A DNA stretch of 64,000 nt from an uncultured Chitinophagales bacterium. Lineage in GTDB: Bacteria; Bacteroidota; Rhodothermia; Balneolales; HLUCCA01. A model generated the notes under the pieces. It did no database searches, had not been told where the DNA came from, and saw only the letters and a program-made list of their open reading frames with translations. The DNA is taken from the NCBI GenBank assembly GCA_964509715.1, contig CAZDYD010000001.1, positions 99-64,098 on the forward strand, given 5' to 3'. Made by a program: the position numbers and the translations under genes. Shown piece after piece: positions 38,867 to 48,835 of the stretch. Positions within the stretch are counted from its first letter, which is position 1. Every line of letters starts with the position of its first letter.

Positions 38867-39436
38867 TTAACCAGGTTTCTTTCTTAAATCGAATATTGAT
38901 CTTGTATCGGGCGACACATTTCCATAAATCAGAAATATGAGTATTGATTCAATAAATGCAAGGTAATAGGAGTAAATGATCACTCTGAGTAGCAAGGTAG
39001 TATCAAAAAAAAACGACAATATCATTGCAAAGAAGACCAAAACCCCATTCATCCGATTAATGTGTGAATGAAGCATGATTATTTTACCGGTTCGCCACCA
39101 CGAAATCAAGAATGATAATCCCAGAATTCCGAAAAACACATACAGATGAGGCAAACTGGGAATCACATAATCTGGAAACAGAACGACCAGGAAATAGGCA
39201 GTTGATATATAGTATGCCAGGTCAGCTACAGAATCGAGCATCGATCCAAAATCTGTTGCCTGATCCCAAGCTCGGGCAAGTTTGCCATCTAACCAATCTG
39301 TCAGACCCAAAAATATATACCAACTTAGAAAATAAGTCTTGTTATCCAATTCTATCAACATAAACAGAAATGGGACACCAAACAGCCTGGTCACCGACAA
39401 GGCATTCGGCACATTTACGTATGCTCTGTACTCCAT
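38867..39436 (-). CDS. CDP-alcohol phosphatidyltransferase family protein
   Basis: Its 'DWLDGKLARAWDQATDFGSMLDSVAD' matches the DG(x2)AR(x8)G(x3)D(x3)D signature. It is a multi-TM protein. Confidence 0.85.
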   Translation of the reverse strand: MEYRAYVNVPNALSVTRLFGVPFLFMLIELDNKTYFLSWYIFLGLTDWLDGKLARAWDQATDFGSMLDSVADLAYYISTAYFLVVLFPDYVIPSLPHLYVFFGILGLSFLISWWRTGKIIMLHSHINRMNGVLVFFAMILSFFFDTTLLLRVIIYSYYLAFIESILIFLIYGNVSPDTRSIFDLRKKPG

Positions 39437-39557
39437 AATTTTTCAGACACAATGATTGATAATGAAGGGCTCCACATTTTTAATATAATCAGAACTTGCC
39501 TAGTATCTGAATCCAACTCAAAAAAAGGTATATTCCTGACCAAATTCACAATACAAT

Positions 39558-41459
39558 ATGACATTCTTATCAGTAGAACAATTAACGAAAAGTTTTGGGC
39601 TCAAAATCCTCTTTGAAAACCTCACTTTTGGTATTTCAAAGGGTGAAAAAACAGCAATCGTTGCACCGAACGGAACAGGAAAATCAACATTGTTAAACGT
39701 TCTTGCAGGTAAAGAAACGCCAGATGAAGGTAAGGTCATGGTACGAAACGGTATCTCAATCGGATATCTTGAACAAGAACCGGTACTGGACCCAAGCATG
39801 ACAATATCTGAGTTTATCACTCATGGACACTCAGATATCGTAGATGTGATTAAGCAATATGAAATAGCTGTCAAGAATCAAGAGGATGATTATTCCACCG
39901 AAAACATAGCATTTTTCGAAAAATCGTTAGCTGCTATGGATGCAGCCAATGCGTGGGACTATGAACAGCGCATGAAACAGATTCTCGGCAAACTCGACAT
40001 CCACGACCTGGATCAGCCAATATCTACATTATCCGGTGGTGAGAGAAAGCGCGTAGCACTTGCATTTGTACTGCTGGAAGAACCAGATCTACTATTATTG
40101 GATGAGCCAACAAACCACCTTGATGTCGATATGATTGAATGGCTCGAGCAATATCTCTCAAAAAGCAGTATAAACCTTCTTATGATAACGCACGACAGAT
40201 ATTTTCTTGATCGTATCTGTGATCATATCATTGAAATCGATCGGGGAAAACTGTACCATCATGAGGGGAACTACAGTTACTATTTGCTGAAAAAGGCTGA
40301 ACGGCAGGAAATTGAACAAGTTGAGACCGGAAAGGCCGTACAGCTCTATAAAAAAGAGCTCGAGTGGATGAGACGCCAACCCAAAGCACGAACAACAAAA
40401 TCGAAATCAAGAATCGATTCATTCTACAAAACCGAAGAACGTGCTAAACGTCGTAATGACGACTCTGAGATTCAGCTGGAAGTGAATATGACCAGAATGG
40501 GTAACAAGATTGTTGAATTAAAGAACATCCACAAATCATTTTCAGATAACGTTATACTCAACGATTTCTCTTATTCTTTCTCTAAGGGTGAAAGAATCGG
40601 GATCATTGGAAAAAACGGAGCCGGCAAAAGTACCTTTCTTAGAATTCTTACTGGTCAGTTGACCCCGGACAAAGGAGAAATTGACAAAGGAAGTACCATT
40701 GTTTTTGGTTATTACGAACAACAGGGTATCCGATTCGACGAGTCTCAACGGGTTATTGACGTTTTAAAGGATGTCGCGGAGGTCATTGAACTGGCTGATG
40801 GTAGCCGAATCTCTGCTTCTCAGTTCCTGGAACATTTCATGTTTACTCCTGCGACTCAATATACTCCTGTATCCAAACTGAGCGGTGGTGAAAAACGCCG
40901 ACTTGGTCTGATGATGGTGTTAATGAGTAATCCGAATTTTCTGATCCTGGACGAACCTACAAACGATCTGGACCTAATCACAATGAACCGTCTTGAAGAG
41001 TTTCTGACCGGTTTCGGTGGTTGCCTGATTATTGTCTCTCACGATCGTTTTTTTATGGATAAACTCGTGCAACATTACTTTGTTTTTGAGGGTGATGGCA
41101 AGATTCGGGACTTCAATGGGTCATACATGCAATGGAGGGAGGAACTCAAAGAAGCCGAAAAGACGTCCTCTCCACAATCACCCTCCACACCGCTCAAATC
41201 CCAACAATCAGAGCAATCCATTCCTGAAAAGAGCACGAAAAAAGGTTTATCGTTTAAGGAACAGAAAGAACTTTTGAAGTTGGAAAAAGATATAGCACGG
41301 CTTGAAACAGAAAAGCTTGCGCTGGAAAAATCCATGAATGCCGGTGGACTCGATTATCAAGCACTTTCCAATTTATCAGAACAGCATGCTGTTGTTTCAA
41401 AACAACTTGAAGAAACTGAATTGATTTGGCTTGAACTTGCCGATCGCAAGTCTGACTAG
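39558..41459 (+). CDS. ABC-F family ATPase (Uup/YbiT-like)
   Basis: It has two ABC cassettes ('APNGTGKST'/'LSGGERKR'/'LLLLDEPTNHLD' and 'GKNGAGKST'/'LSGGEKRR'/'LILDEPTNDLD'). It has no TM domain and a coiled-coil C-terminus. Confidence 0.92.
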   Translation: MTFLSVEQLTKSFGLKILFENLTFGISKGEKTAIVAPNGTGKSTLLNVLAGKETPDEGKVMVRNGISIGYLEQEPVLDPSMTISEFITHGHSDIVDVIKQYEIAVKNQEDDYSTENIAFFEKSLAAMDAANAWDYEQRMKQILGKLDIHDLDQPISTLSGGERKRVALAFVLLEEPDLLLLDEPTNHLDVDMIEWLEQYLSKSSINLLMITHDRYFLDRICDHIIEIDRGKLYHHEGNYSYYLLKKAERQEIEQVETGKAVQLYKKELEWMRRQPKARTTKSKSRIDSFYKTEERAKRRNDDSEIQLEVNMTRMGNKIVELKNIHKSFSDNVILNDFSYSFSKGERIGIIGKNGAGKSTFLRILTGQLTPDKGEIDKGSTIVFGYYEQQGIRFDESQRVIDVLKDVAEVIELADGSRISASQFLEHFMFTPATQYTPVSKLSGGEKRRLGLMMVLMSNPNFLILDEPTNDLDLITMNRLEEFLTGFGGCLIIVSHDRFFMDKLVQHYFVFEGDGKIRDFNGSYMQWREELKEAEKTSSPQSPSTPLKSQQSEQSIPEKSTKKGLSFKEQKELLKLEKDIARLETEKLALEKSMNAGGLDYQALSNLSEQHAVVSKQLEETELIWLELADRKSD

Positions 41460-41466
41460 TATATTA

Positions 41467-41512
41467 TTGCAACATTTAATCATAAGAAGGTCAAATGTTG
41501 CAAATTGGTTTT
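41467..41512 (+). terminator. hairpin terminator after the ABC-F gene
   Basis: A perfect 11-bp stem, ttgcaacattt (41467-41477) / aaatgttgcaa (41493-41503), is followed by attggtttt. Confidence 0.55.
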
Positions 41513-41583
41513 CGAGTTGATGTCAATTTAGTATTTTGGTGTTTCCATTACATTGTCATTTTCGCTCAAATCAAGGTGTATGT

Positions 41584-42897
41584 ATGAAATATTTGTCAAT
41601 TGTCGTCAAAACAGTTCTGCTAATTCTGATCGCTTTACATTCTCTGCTACATGCGCAGACAACTTCTCTTAACCGGAGCAATTATGATGGCAGTAATGCC
41701 GCCAATCGTGCCCAATATCTGGAGCGTGCTATCAAAATCCTGGAATCCGTTCCATTGATCGACGGACATAATGACGTACCCTGGCAATACCGTAATCGTG
41801 CAAATTATAAGATCAGTGAACTGGATTTCATGAATACATTGGCCATACAACGACCAATGCACACCGATATTCCCCGCATGAGAGCTGGTAGAGTTGGAGG
41901 TCAATTCTGGTCGGTTTATGTCCCCACAAACATCCCTGAAAGCGAGTCAGTTCAGGCCACCATCGAACAAATTGACTTTGTTTATAGACTTATTGATGCA
42001 TATCCAGACCATTTCGAATTGGCACTTACTGCCGACGATATTGAACGAGTTTTTAATAGCGGTAAGATTGCTTCACTAATTGGCATGGAAGGTGGACAAT
42101 CCATTGGAAATTCACTTCAGGTCCTCCGACAGATGTATGAACTCGGAGCAAGATACATGACAATCACACATGCACGAACGTTAGATTGGGCCGATGCAGC
42201 CACAGACGCACCAAGACATGACGGTCTCAACGGATTCGGTGAAGAAGTAATCCGTGAAATGAATTGGTTAGGGATGATGGTGGATCTGTCTCACGTTTCC
42301 GCACCAACCATGCGTGATGCCATCAGAGTATCAACAGCACCCGTCATCTTTTCACACTCTTCGGCCATGGGGTTAAACAGCCATCCACGTAATGTCCCCG
42401 ACGATGTGCTTGATATGCTAAAGACAAATAACGGGATCGTCATGGTCACCTATATTCCGGCTTTCATAGAAGAGTCCCTTCATGTGCACATCAGCAACAG
42501 AAATGCTGAACGTGCCAGACTCGATTATTTCTATACGGGTCAACCCGATAAAGTCAGCGAAAAAATGCGCTTATGGGATGAACAGAATCCTGCACCTGTA
42601 GCAACTTTAGAAACCGTTGTCGATCACATTGATTACATAAGAGACCGAATAGGTGTCGACTACATCGGCATCGGAGGTGATTATGACGGTATTCCGCTTC
42701 TTCCCGAAGGACTTAAAGACGTAAGTACCTATCCAGATCTGTTTGCTGAGTTATTATATAGAGGATATAGTGATGAAGATCTGAAAAAAATTGCAGGGCT
42801 CAACGCACTACGGGTAATGAGGGAGGTTGAACAGGAATCTATTCGATTGCGTACACTACGTCCCCGTGCTTCAGAAGCAATAATCCGTGATTTTTGA
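41584..42897 (+). CDS. membrane dipeptidase (peptidase family M19)
   Basis: It has 'IDGHNDVPWQ', 'DLSHVS' and 'IFSHSS' metal-ligand blocks and a signal peptide. I took ATG 41584 as the start. Confidence 0.9.
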   Translation: MKYLSIVVKTVLLILIALHSLLHAQTTSLNRSNYDGSNAANRAQYLERAIKILESVPLIDGHNDVPWQYRNRANYKISELDFMNTLAIQRPMHTDIPRMRAGRVGGQFWSVYVPTNIPESESVQATIEQIDFVYRLIDAYPDHFELALTADDIERVFNSGKIASLIGMEGGQSIGNSLQVLRQMYELGARYMTITHARTLDWADAATDAPRHDGLNGFGEEVIREMNWLGMMVDLSHVSAPTMRDAIRVSTAPVIFSHSSAMGLNSHPRNVPDDVLDMLKTNNGIVMVTYIPAFIEESLHVHISNRNAERARLDYFYTGQPDKVSEKMRLWDEQNPAPVATLETVVDHIDYIRDRIGVDYIGIGGDYDGIPLLPEGLKDVSTYPDLFAELLYRGYSDEDLKKIAGLNALRVMREVEQESIRLRTLRPRASEAIIRDF

Positions 42898-43229
42898 GTA
42901 GTCAATTGTTATTTGAGGTGTGATACCTTTCTTGCGATACTTTAGTACAGTTGAAACCAGTAAAAGCAAAGAGCTGGATTAACCCTCTTATAGTAACTAT
43001 ACGATTCAGATACGCAAATGATGTCAGACTCGGCACTAAAAACCGATAGATTTCTTCCTCAAGCTGCTAATACAGTATTTCTAAGCTATAGTGATCAGAG
43101 ATTTACTCAATAATACCAGTGCATTTATCAAATTCTTTTGATTCAGCATTGGCCTTCGATTTATCCATTTGAATTGGATAATTTTTACCTAATGCAAATT
43201 GTCTAACTGCTACACCTATCCGACACACA

Positions 43230-43733
43230 TTAATATCTGATTCTAAGAACCGTTGGTGAACCTTCTCCTTTAAAGTTGAGGAACATCAGATTCCCATAAT
43301 CCGATTCATCAAAATCTTCAAATTTTTGCTCGCCCAAGTAATGATTTGCGGCACGGGGAGTGGAATTTGAATGACCACAAACTAACACAACTCCACCGAG
43401 ATTTTGTCTCAAAATATCGTCCAGATCAGATGCATTCCGATGACTGTATATTTTCAATTCCAGTCCATAAAAATCAGCTGTTGGACCACACGTTTTACGG
43501 GTTCTGATAAAGTCTGTAGAATACACAGCCGTAACTCCAGTAGTTGACAACATGTTTTTGAGGACGGTAGCCCTGGAGACACCCTCTGGACTCAGATCCG
43601 GATCAGCAGAATCATCTACTTTCTCAGCATGCCTCACCAAAATCAAAGTTGTAGACTGCTGAGCTTCAGAGTCGATAGTCAAAAAACCCAAAGAGATTAT
43701 AATAACGACCAAAAAACTAATGAAATATTTCAT
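43230..43733 (-). CDS. secreted histidine phosphatase superfamily protein (SixA/PGAM-like)
   Basis: It has a signal peptide, the 'LVRHAEK' (RHG-type) motif, and 'VCGHSNSTP'. Confidence 0.8.
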   Translation of the reverse strand: MKYFISFLVVIIISLGFLTIDSEAQQSTTLILVRHAEKVDDSADPDLSPEGVSRATVLKNMLSTTGVTAVYSTDFIRTRKTCGPTADFYGLELKIYSHRNASDLDDILRQNLGGVVLVCGHSNSTPRAANHYLGEQKFEDFDESDYGNLMFLNFKGEGSPTVLRIRY

Positions 43734-43880
43734 ACTAAACCCAATCAAACTCTATTCATCGATTGATTATTTTATTGCTGCTAATGTATAAACATTGTAC
43801 TTCAATATATTAATTCTACCTAGTATTTATGCTATTTGTAAATTATAAATGAACAGAATTTCTATGCATTGAATATCACG

Positions 43881-46800
43881 TCATTTGATCAACATCATCT
43901 TGTCATTGAAAACTTTTCCGTTTGCAATCATACGAACAAAGTAAACACCAGAAGCTAACCCACGAGGTCTGAACTCAATTTCATAGTACCCGGCTTCATA
44001 TTCTTTATCGGCAACATCAAATACCATGAGGCCATTACTGTTGAAAATCTGAAGGCTGATGTTCATTCTTTCCGGTACAGTTACTGGTAATTTTGTCCAC
44101 TCCGAAAATGGATTCGGGAAATTATTACCCAGCTTGATTTCTCCATCTGCAAACAAGAATAGAATATTGATTTTCTGATCCAGTTCCAGTCCTCCGGCAA
44201 TGACCTTGAATGTAGCCTCACCTGCCTTCGACGAACTTACCTTGAATTCCGCAACCCCCTCGCTATCTGTAATCTCACGTACTATTGTGACGACATAATC
44301 CGGGTCAGATGGTTCGAGAATAATTAAAACATCAGAAAGTGGATCGCCATCGTCACTTATCAGTTTAATGGATACATCAGCCTGTTGCTGACCATTTGCC
44401 AAGATTCTACTGGCTGATGGTCTGGCAGTTGAGTTTTCCAGATCAATTTGATACGTAGTAACCGATGCTGTATTTGAATTCGTGCTTACTGACGTACTCG
44501 TCCCGGCTCGGACCCTATAGTAATACGTCGTCCCGGGTGACAGTCCAGTTACTTTGAATTCATTGATATTACCCACATTCAAGTTGTTGTAACCTGACAC
44601 CATCTGGGAGAAATTCTCATCCCTGGAGACATCCAAACGATATAAAGTAGCGCCGTTTACAAGCTCCCAGCTAGCTGTAAACTCTACGGCACCAAGTAAT
44701 ATGGGGAAGTTAGCTATCGGAGGGACCGGTATAAAATCAAAAACTGCCCGTGTATTGATATTTACTCGTCCTGCCATCACAGAAAACTCTACTCGTCCCG
44801 CATGGTCAGATCTAACTTGGAATGATGCATTACCCGCAATGTCTGATATACCCCGAAGTGTTATGATCTGTGCGTTCTCGTCTGTCGTATTAAGGGTTAC
44901 CGGAACTCCCTCCATGGCCTGTCCGTCTTCGCCTTTTATGATGATTTCAACAGTCCCAACAGCTACACCATCACCTAACACATTCCTCTGAACAACGTTC
45001 ACCTCCGTAAGGTTTGCATCAGCCTGAGGTGTTTGTGAGAGGGTCACATTAGAATTCTGACTGGTTCCTGTGGTTGCAACCGCTCTGACTCTGTAGTAAT
45101 ACTCATTCCCGGGATATAGGCCTGTCAGCCTGAAACTTGTTTCATTACCCACATTTCGGTCATTGAACCCGGTCAATAGTTCAGAAAAATCAGCAAACTC
45201 AGAAACATCTAATCTATAGGATGTCGCCCCACTAATTGGTTCCCAATTTGCTACAAATGTGCTTGCAAAAACATTGGTAGCCGGCCTTGAAACGGGAGCC
45301 ACTGGGATAAATGCCATTCTATATTCGGTTGAGACATTCACATTGATAGCCCTGGCACGATAAGTCACAAATTCTGCCCGACTATTTCTAACTGTAAATC
45401 TTGTCTTGCCATCTTCATCTGATATATCCGAAAGTACTTCAATTACAGATTGTCCTGTAAGTGCTGTTAACGTTACTTTAACTCCATCAAGAGGATTTCC
45501 AACCGCATCTCTCACAGTGATAGTAAACTGTCCGCGATCAGTTCCATTCGATAACACTTCTTCGACGTCTGATTCGAAAGAAGATGAGTTCGGATCTATG
45601 GCTATGGTCCTAACAGATTGTACTTCCGAATTAAGAGATTCGACATTATAGTTTGAATTTACAGCCCTGACTCTATAGTATAATCGAGTATCTGGCAAAA
45701 CATCTCTCAAAATATATGAGCTCACATCGCCGACGTTAAATGAGTCGAATCCCAGATAAGGTTGTGTGAAGTTGTTGTCATATGCAATGTCTATCTCATA
45801 GTGAGTAGCTTTATCTATCTCGTTCCATTCAGCTGTAAAACCAATGGCTTTGATATCACTGGGCGGTAACAAATCTGGTGTAAATGGGATTGTTGTGACA
45901 ACAATTGGATTACCGAACGGACCCGTTATTGTACCATTAGCATTCGTTGCCCGAATGCGGATATAATACCTTTCCACTGATTCGAGTCCAACAGCTTCGA
46001 ATATCGTTTCATTCCCATTATCAAAACCTGTATATGTAGATAATTTGTTCTGAAAATCAGGATCATAAGCTACATCGACCACATATTTTTCGGCGTTTTC
46101 AGCTGGTTCCCATGATATTTCGACTTGCTCTGTACCAATTTCAACAACCTCAATTTCAGATGGTGCATCCAGAATTGTATGAACACCCATCACGTCTGAG
46201 ATCCCTCCAGTTGAATTGTTTTCGTCACTTCTGGCTCTTACACGATAAAAATATCTTCGGTTTGGACTCAACTCTTCAACGAGAAACGTAGTATCGGCCG
46301 ATACAACTCTCCCATTATAATCTGATAAAACGTTATTAAACAGACTATCTGTTGCAACAAAAAGTATATATTGATCGACCCGTGGGACACTTCGCCAGTT
46401 TGCCCTGAATGACCGGGAAGTAACATTTGTAGCCGTTGAAATTACAGGTATTTCCGGTAAGGTAAACACCCTCACCCGTTCAGAGTTTTCACTTGTCAAT
46501 CCTGAAGTCGAGCTACTGGCCCGCACCCTGATGTAATGAGCAGATGCAGACTCAAGCCCACTCAATAACAATGTAGTTGATGAGCCATTGTTATAATTTT
46601 CATAGCCGGGAAGAAATTTGGTGAACAACGAATCTGTTGCTACATCGACTATGTATCTGTCTATTCCCGCTACCGGTTGCCAATTAACAGTAAAAGATGA
46701 ACTGGTTATGGAGGTCGTTGGCTGCATTACCGGCGGACGACTCGGTGTATTAACAGAACCGATTGCCGAGCTTACACTCGTTACATTTAAATTCGTATTT

Positions 46801-48824
46801 CTGGCACGAAGTCTGTAAAAGTAACGTGATAATGGCTGTACGTTCTCTACAGTAAATGATGTGACATTTCCGGTACTTCTGTTATTATAACCGGTTAAAA
46901 ATGTACTGAAGGTCGAATCGGTTGAAACATCAAGAAAATACGTATCGGTTCGGGGAACATTTTGCCAGTTCACCTGAAACTGAGTTGATTGAACATCAGT
47001 AGTGGCCGAAAGCACGGGAGCATCCGGTAAAGTATTTAATCCTATTACTATTGAATAGCTGCTACTTTGGTTACTTATAGAGCTCCTTGCACGCACACGA
47101 TAAAAATATGACGTAGCAGAGGTCAGACCCGTCACATTGAAACTGGTATTATTACCGACATTCCTGGCTTCAAAACCGTTTACGTATCCACTGAAATTTG
47201 AAAAAGACGATACATCAAGTATGTATTCATTAGCCCCGTTTACAGCTTCCCAATTGGCCGTAAATGTTGATGATGTGATATTCGATGCCTGTCTCGCAAC
47301 AGGAGGCACACTTGAAGTCACCGCTTCCATGGCATTGGAGTTACCACTCGTTAGACTTTGCTGTGTGTTAACAGACCTGACTCTATAATAGTACTGTGTT
47401 AACGGATTCAATCCGGATACATTGAACGAAGTAACATTGCCAACATTCCGGTTATTATAACCACTCACAAATGAACCGAAATTAGGATCTGTAGACACAT
47501 CCAGTCGGTATTGATCTGCCAGACAGTTGGCATTCCACCGAGCGGTAAATGAGGTAGCTTGTACATTGGATGCAGCTTCGATCAACGGTGGTGCGATTCT
47601 GGTAGACTGGGAATGAGCATCAATTATAAATCCAGTTGAAGTTGCTATGGACTGAACTCTTCTGTTATTTGGGGTAAGCTCAACATTAAGAAAATGCCTC
47701 ACATTCCATTGTTGCTCAATATACCAGAAGTTAAAATCTACAGGACCTAAAGGTATTGCAAACCCACCATCACCAATATACCGCACTCCACATGGATCAA
47801 TTTGGTCGTTTTTTATTGGATGTGTTCGTTTATATCCATGGTTGTCGTGTTCAAAGACAAAACGCACATTAAACTGTTCAAAAATTGGGGCCCAGTATTG
47901 TCGTACTTCATATCCTCTTCCAGGTACAGCCTCTCTTTTACTTGGATAGGCAGCTACGTGATACACCGGAAATACGTTCGTCACATTACGACGTGCATTC
48001 AGTTGATTTACAAGCCATGATGTCTGTGTGCCTTCAATACGTACAGTGTGATCTGTATTGAGTACAATCAGACTTAGATAATCGCTGAAATCCAGCACCC
48101 TGTATCCCTGAGTTCCAGGGAAATTAAATAGAGCATGAAAATATTTTGCATCCGCTGGTTGTCCCCCAAATCGTTGGGGCAATTCATGGTTTCCAAGTGA
48201 TGCAACAATAGGTATATGATAATCCTGTGGAGTTTTCATGTACTTGGTCCACTCAGATAAAAACTTGAAGTACCTATTCAATGTGTTAGCATTGTATTCA
48301 TTCGCTTCATTCAAATGGACCAAATCACCAGCCAAAATTGCAAACATCGGATTGGTTTGTCTAACACGTAAAGCTGATTCAATAAAAAACTCTGTTTCCA
48401 ATGCCGGATCGGTACCGTCACCATACACATCACCCGTAACCATAAACCGAACCGTATTGTCCATATTGGTCGGCATGGTTCTGAAATATTGACTCTGAGG
48501 ATCATTGCCAATTCTGAAAGCATAGTTGGTAGCAGGGGTTAGACCAGTAATTTGTACCGTCTTCCGCTTAACAGATGCGTCGGGAATCGTATGTACCGTT
48601 CCAGTTACTGTAACCCAGGGATCACCGGAATTCCTGACCCTGTAAGATACTTCGGCGACACCGGATGTATCGTCCTCGATCCAGTTGATGATCATGGTGC
48701 GCGTCGGATCATTCATCCATTCGAGATACACGATCGTCGAATCTGCATAAGATTGGGCATGTAGTTTTCCTGCAAATAGAACCAGGAAAAACAACAATAT
48801 GATATATGATTTGTTTTGTTGCAT
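43881..48824 (-). CDS. giant T9SS-secreted multidomain protein: purple-acid-phosphatase-like metallophosphoesterase + 9 FN3-like modules + 3 Ig-like domains + T9SS C-terminal sorting domain
   Basis: It has a signal peptide (IILLFFLVLFAGKLHAQ). Metallophosphatase motifs are 'VTGDVYGD', 'AILAGDLVH', 'SLGNHE' and 'FEHDNHGY'. Nine modules end in 'Y(Y/F)YRVRA'. The last 82 aa ('NFPNPFS...GVYFVRMIANGKVFNDKMMLIK', about 43884-44129) look like a type-A T9SS CTD. I prefer ATG 48824 over the track's TTG at 48842. Confidence 0.88.
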   Translation of the reverse strand: MQQNKSYIILLFFLVLFAGKLHAQSYADSTIVYLEWMNDPTRTMIINWIEDDTSGVAEVSYRVRNSGDPWVTVTGTVHTIPDASVKRKTVQITGLTPATNYAFRIGNDPQSQYFRTMPTNMDNTVRFMVTGDVYGDGTDPALETEFFIESALRVRQTNPMFAILAGDLVHLNEANEYNANTLNRYFKFLSEWTKYMKTPQDYHIPIVASLGNHELPQRFGGQPADAKYFHALFNFPGTQGYRVLDFSDYLSLIVLNTDHTVRIEGTQTSWLVNQLNARRNVTNVFPVYHVAAYPSKREAVPGRGYEVRQYWAPIFEQFNVRFVFEHDNHGYKRTHPIKNDQIDPCGVRYIGDGGFAIPLGPVDFNFWYIEQQWNVRHFLNVELTPNNRRVQSIATSTGFIIDAHSQSTRIAPPLIEAASNVQATSFTARWNANCLADQYRLDVSTDPNFGSFVSGYNNRNVGNVTSFNVSGLNPLTQYYYRVRSVNTQQSLTSGNSNAMEAVTSSVPPVARQASNITSSTFTANWEAVNGANEYILDVSSFSNFSGYVNGFEARNVGNNTSFNVTGLTSATSYFYRVRARSSISNQSSSYSIVIGLNTLPDAPVLSATTDVQSTQFQVNWQNVPRTDTYFLDVSTDSTFSTFLTGYNNRSTGNVTSFTVENVQPLSRYFYRLRARNTNLNVTSVSSAIGSVNTPSRPPVMQPTTSITSSSFTVNWQPVAGIDRYIVDVATDSLFTKFLPGYENYNNGSSTTLLLSGLESASAHYIRVRASSSTSGLTSENSERVRVFTLPEIPVISTATNVTSRSFRANWRSVPRVDQYILFVATDSLFNNVLSDYNGRVVSADTTFLVEELSPNRRYFYRVRARSDENNSTGGISDVMGVHTILDAPSEIEVVEIGTEQVEISWEPAENAEKYVVDVAYDPDFQNKLSTYTGFDNGNETIFEAVGLESVERYYIRIRATNANGTITGPFGNPIVVTTIPFTPDLLPPSDIKAIGFTAEWNEIDKATHYEIDIAYDNNFTQPYLGFDSFNVGDVSSYILRDVLPDTRLYYRVRAVNSNYNVESLNSEVQSVRTIAIDPNSSSFESDVEEVLSNGTDRGQFTITVRDAVGNPLDGVKVTLTALTGQSVIEVLSDISDEDGKTRFTVRNSRAEFVTYRARAINVNVSTEYRMAFIPVAPVSRPATNVFASTFVANWEPISGATSYRLDVSEFADFSELLTGFNDRNVGNETSFRLTGLYPGNEYYYRVRAVATTGTSQNSNVTLSQTPQADANLTEVNVVQRNVLGDGVAVGTVEIIIKGEDGQAMEGVPVTLNTTDENAQIITLRGISDIAGNASFQVRSDHAGRVEFSVMAGRVNINTRAVFDFIPVPPIANFPILLGAVEFTASWELVNGATLYRLDVSRDENFSQMVSGYNNLNVGNINEFKVTGLSPGTTYYYRVRAGTSTSVSTNSNTASVTTYQIDLENSTARPSASRILANGQQQADVSIKLISDDGDPLSDVLIILEPSDPDYVVTIVREITDSEGVAEFKVSSSKAGEATFKVIAGGLELDQKINILFLFADGEIKLGNNFPNPFSEWTKLPVTVPERMNISLQIFNSNGLMVFDVADKEYEAGYYEIEFRPRGLASGVYFVRMIANGKVFNDKMMLIK
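45597..47591 (-). repeat. seven tandem 285-bp (95-aa) FN3-like coding modules in exact register
   Basis: The conserved R-V/L/I-R codon triplets sit at 47376, 47091, 46806, 46521, 46236, 45951 and 45666, spaced exactly 285 nt apart. Two further modules lie at about 45015-45299 and 44439-44723, each preceded by an Ig-like insert of about 97-99 aa. Confidence 0.85.
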
Positions 48825-48835
48825 AGCCAAGTAAT

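Noticed and set aside
44439-47591. Regular 285-bp periodic repeats, considered as a possible CRISPR array, satellite or mobile-element array
   Set aside because: The periodicity is a multiple of 3 and sits inside one uninterrupted 1653-codon ORF. The repeats are conserved at the protein level (FN3-like modules) and divergent at the DNA level. They are therefore domain repeats and not a CRISPR or IS structure.
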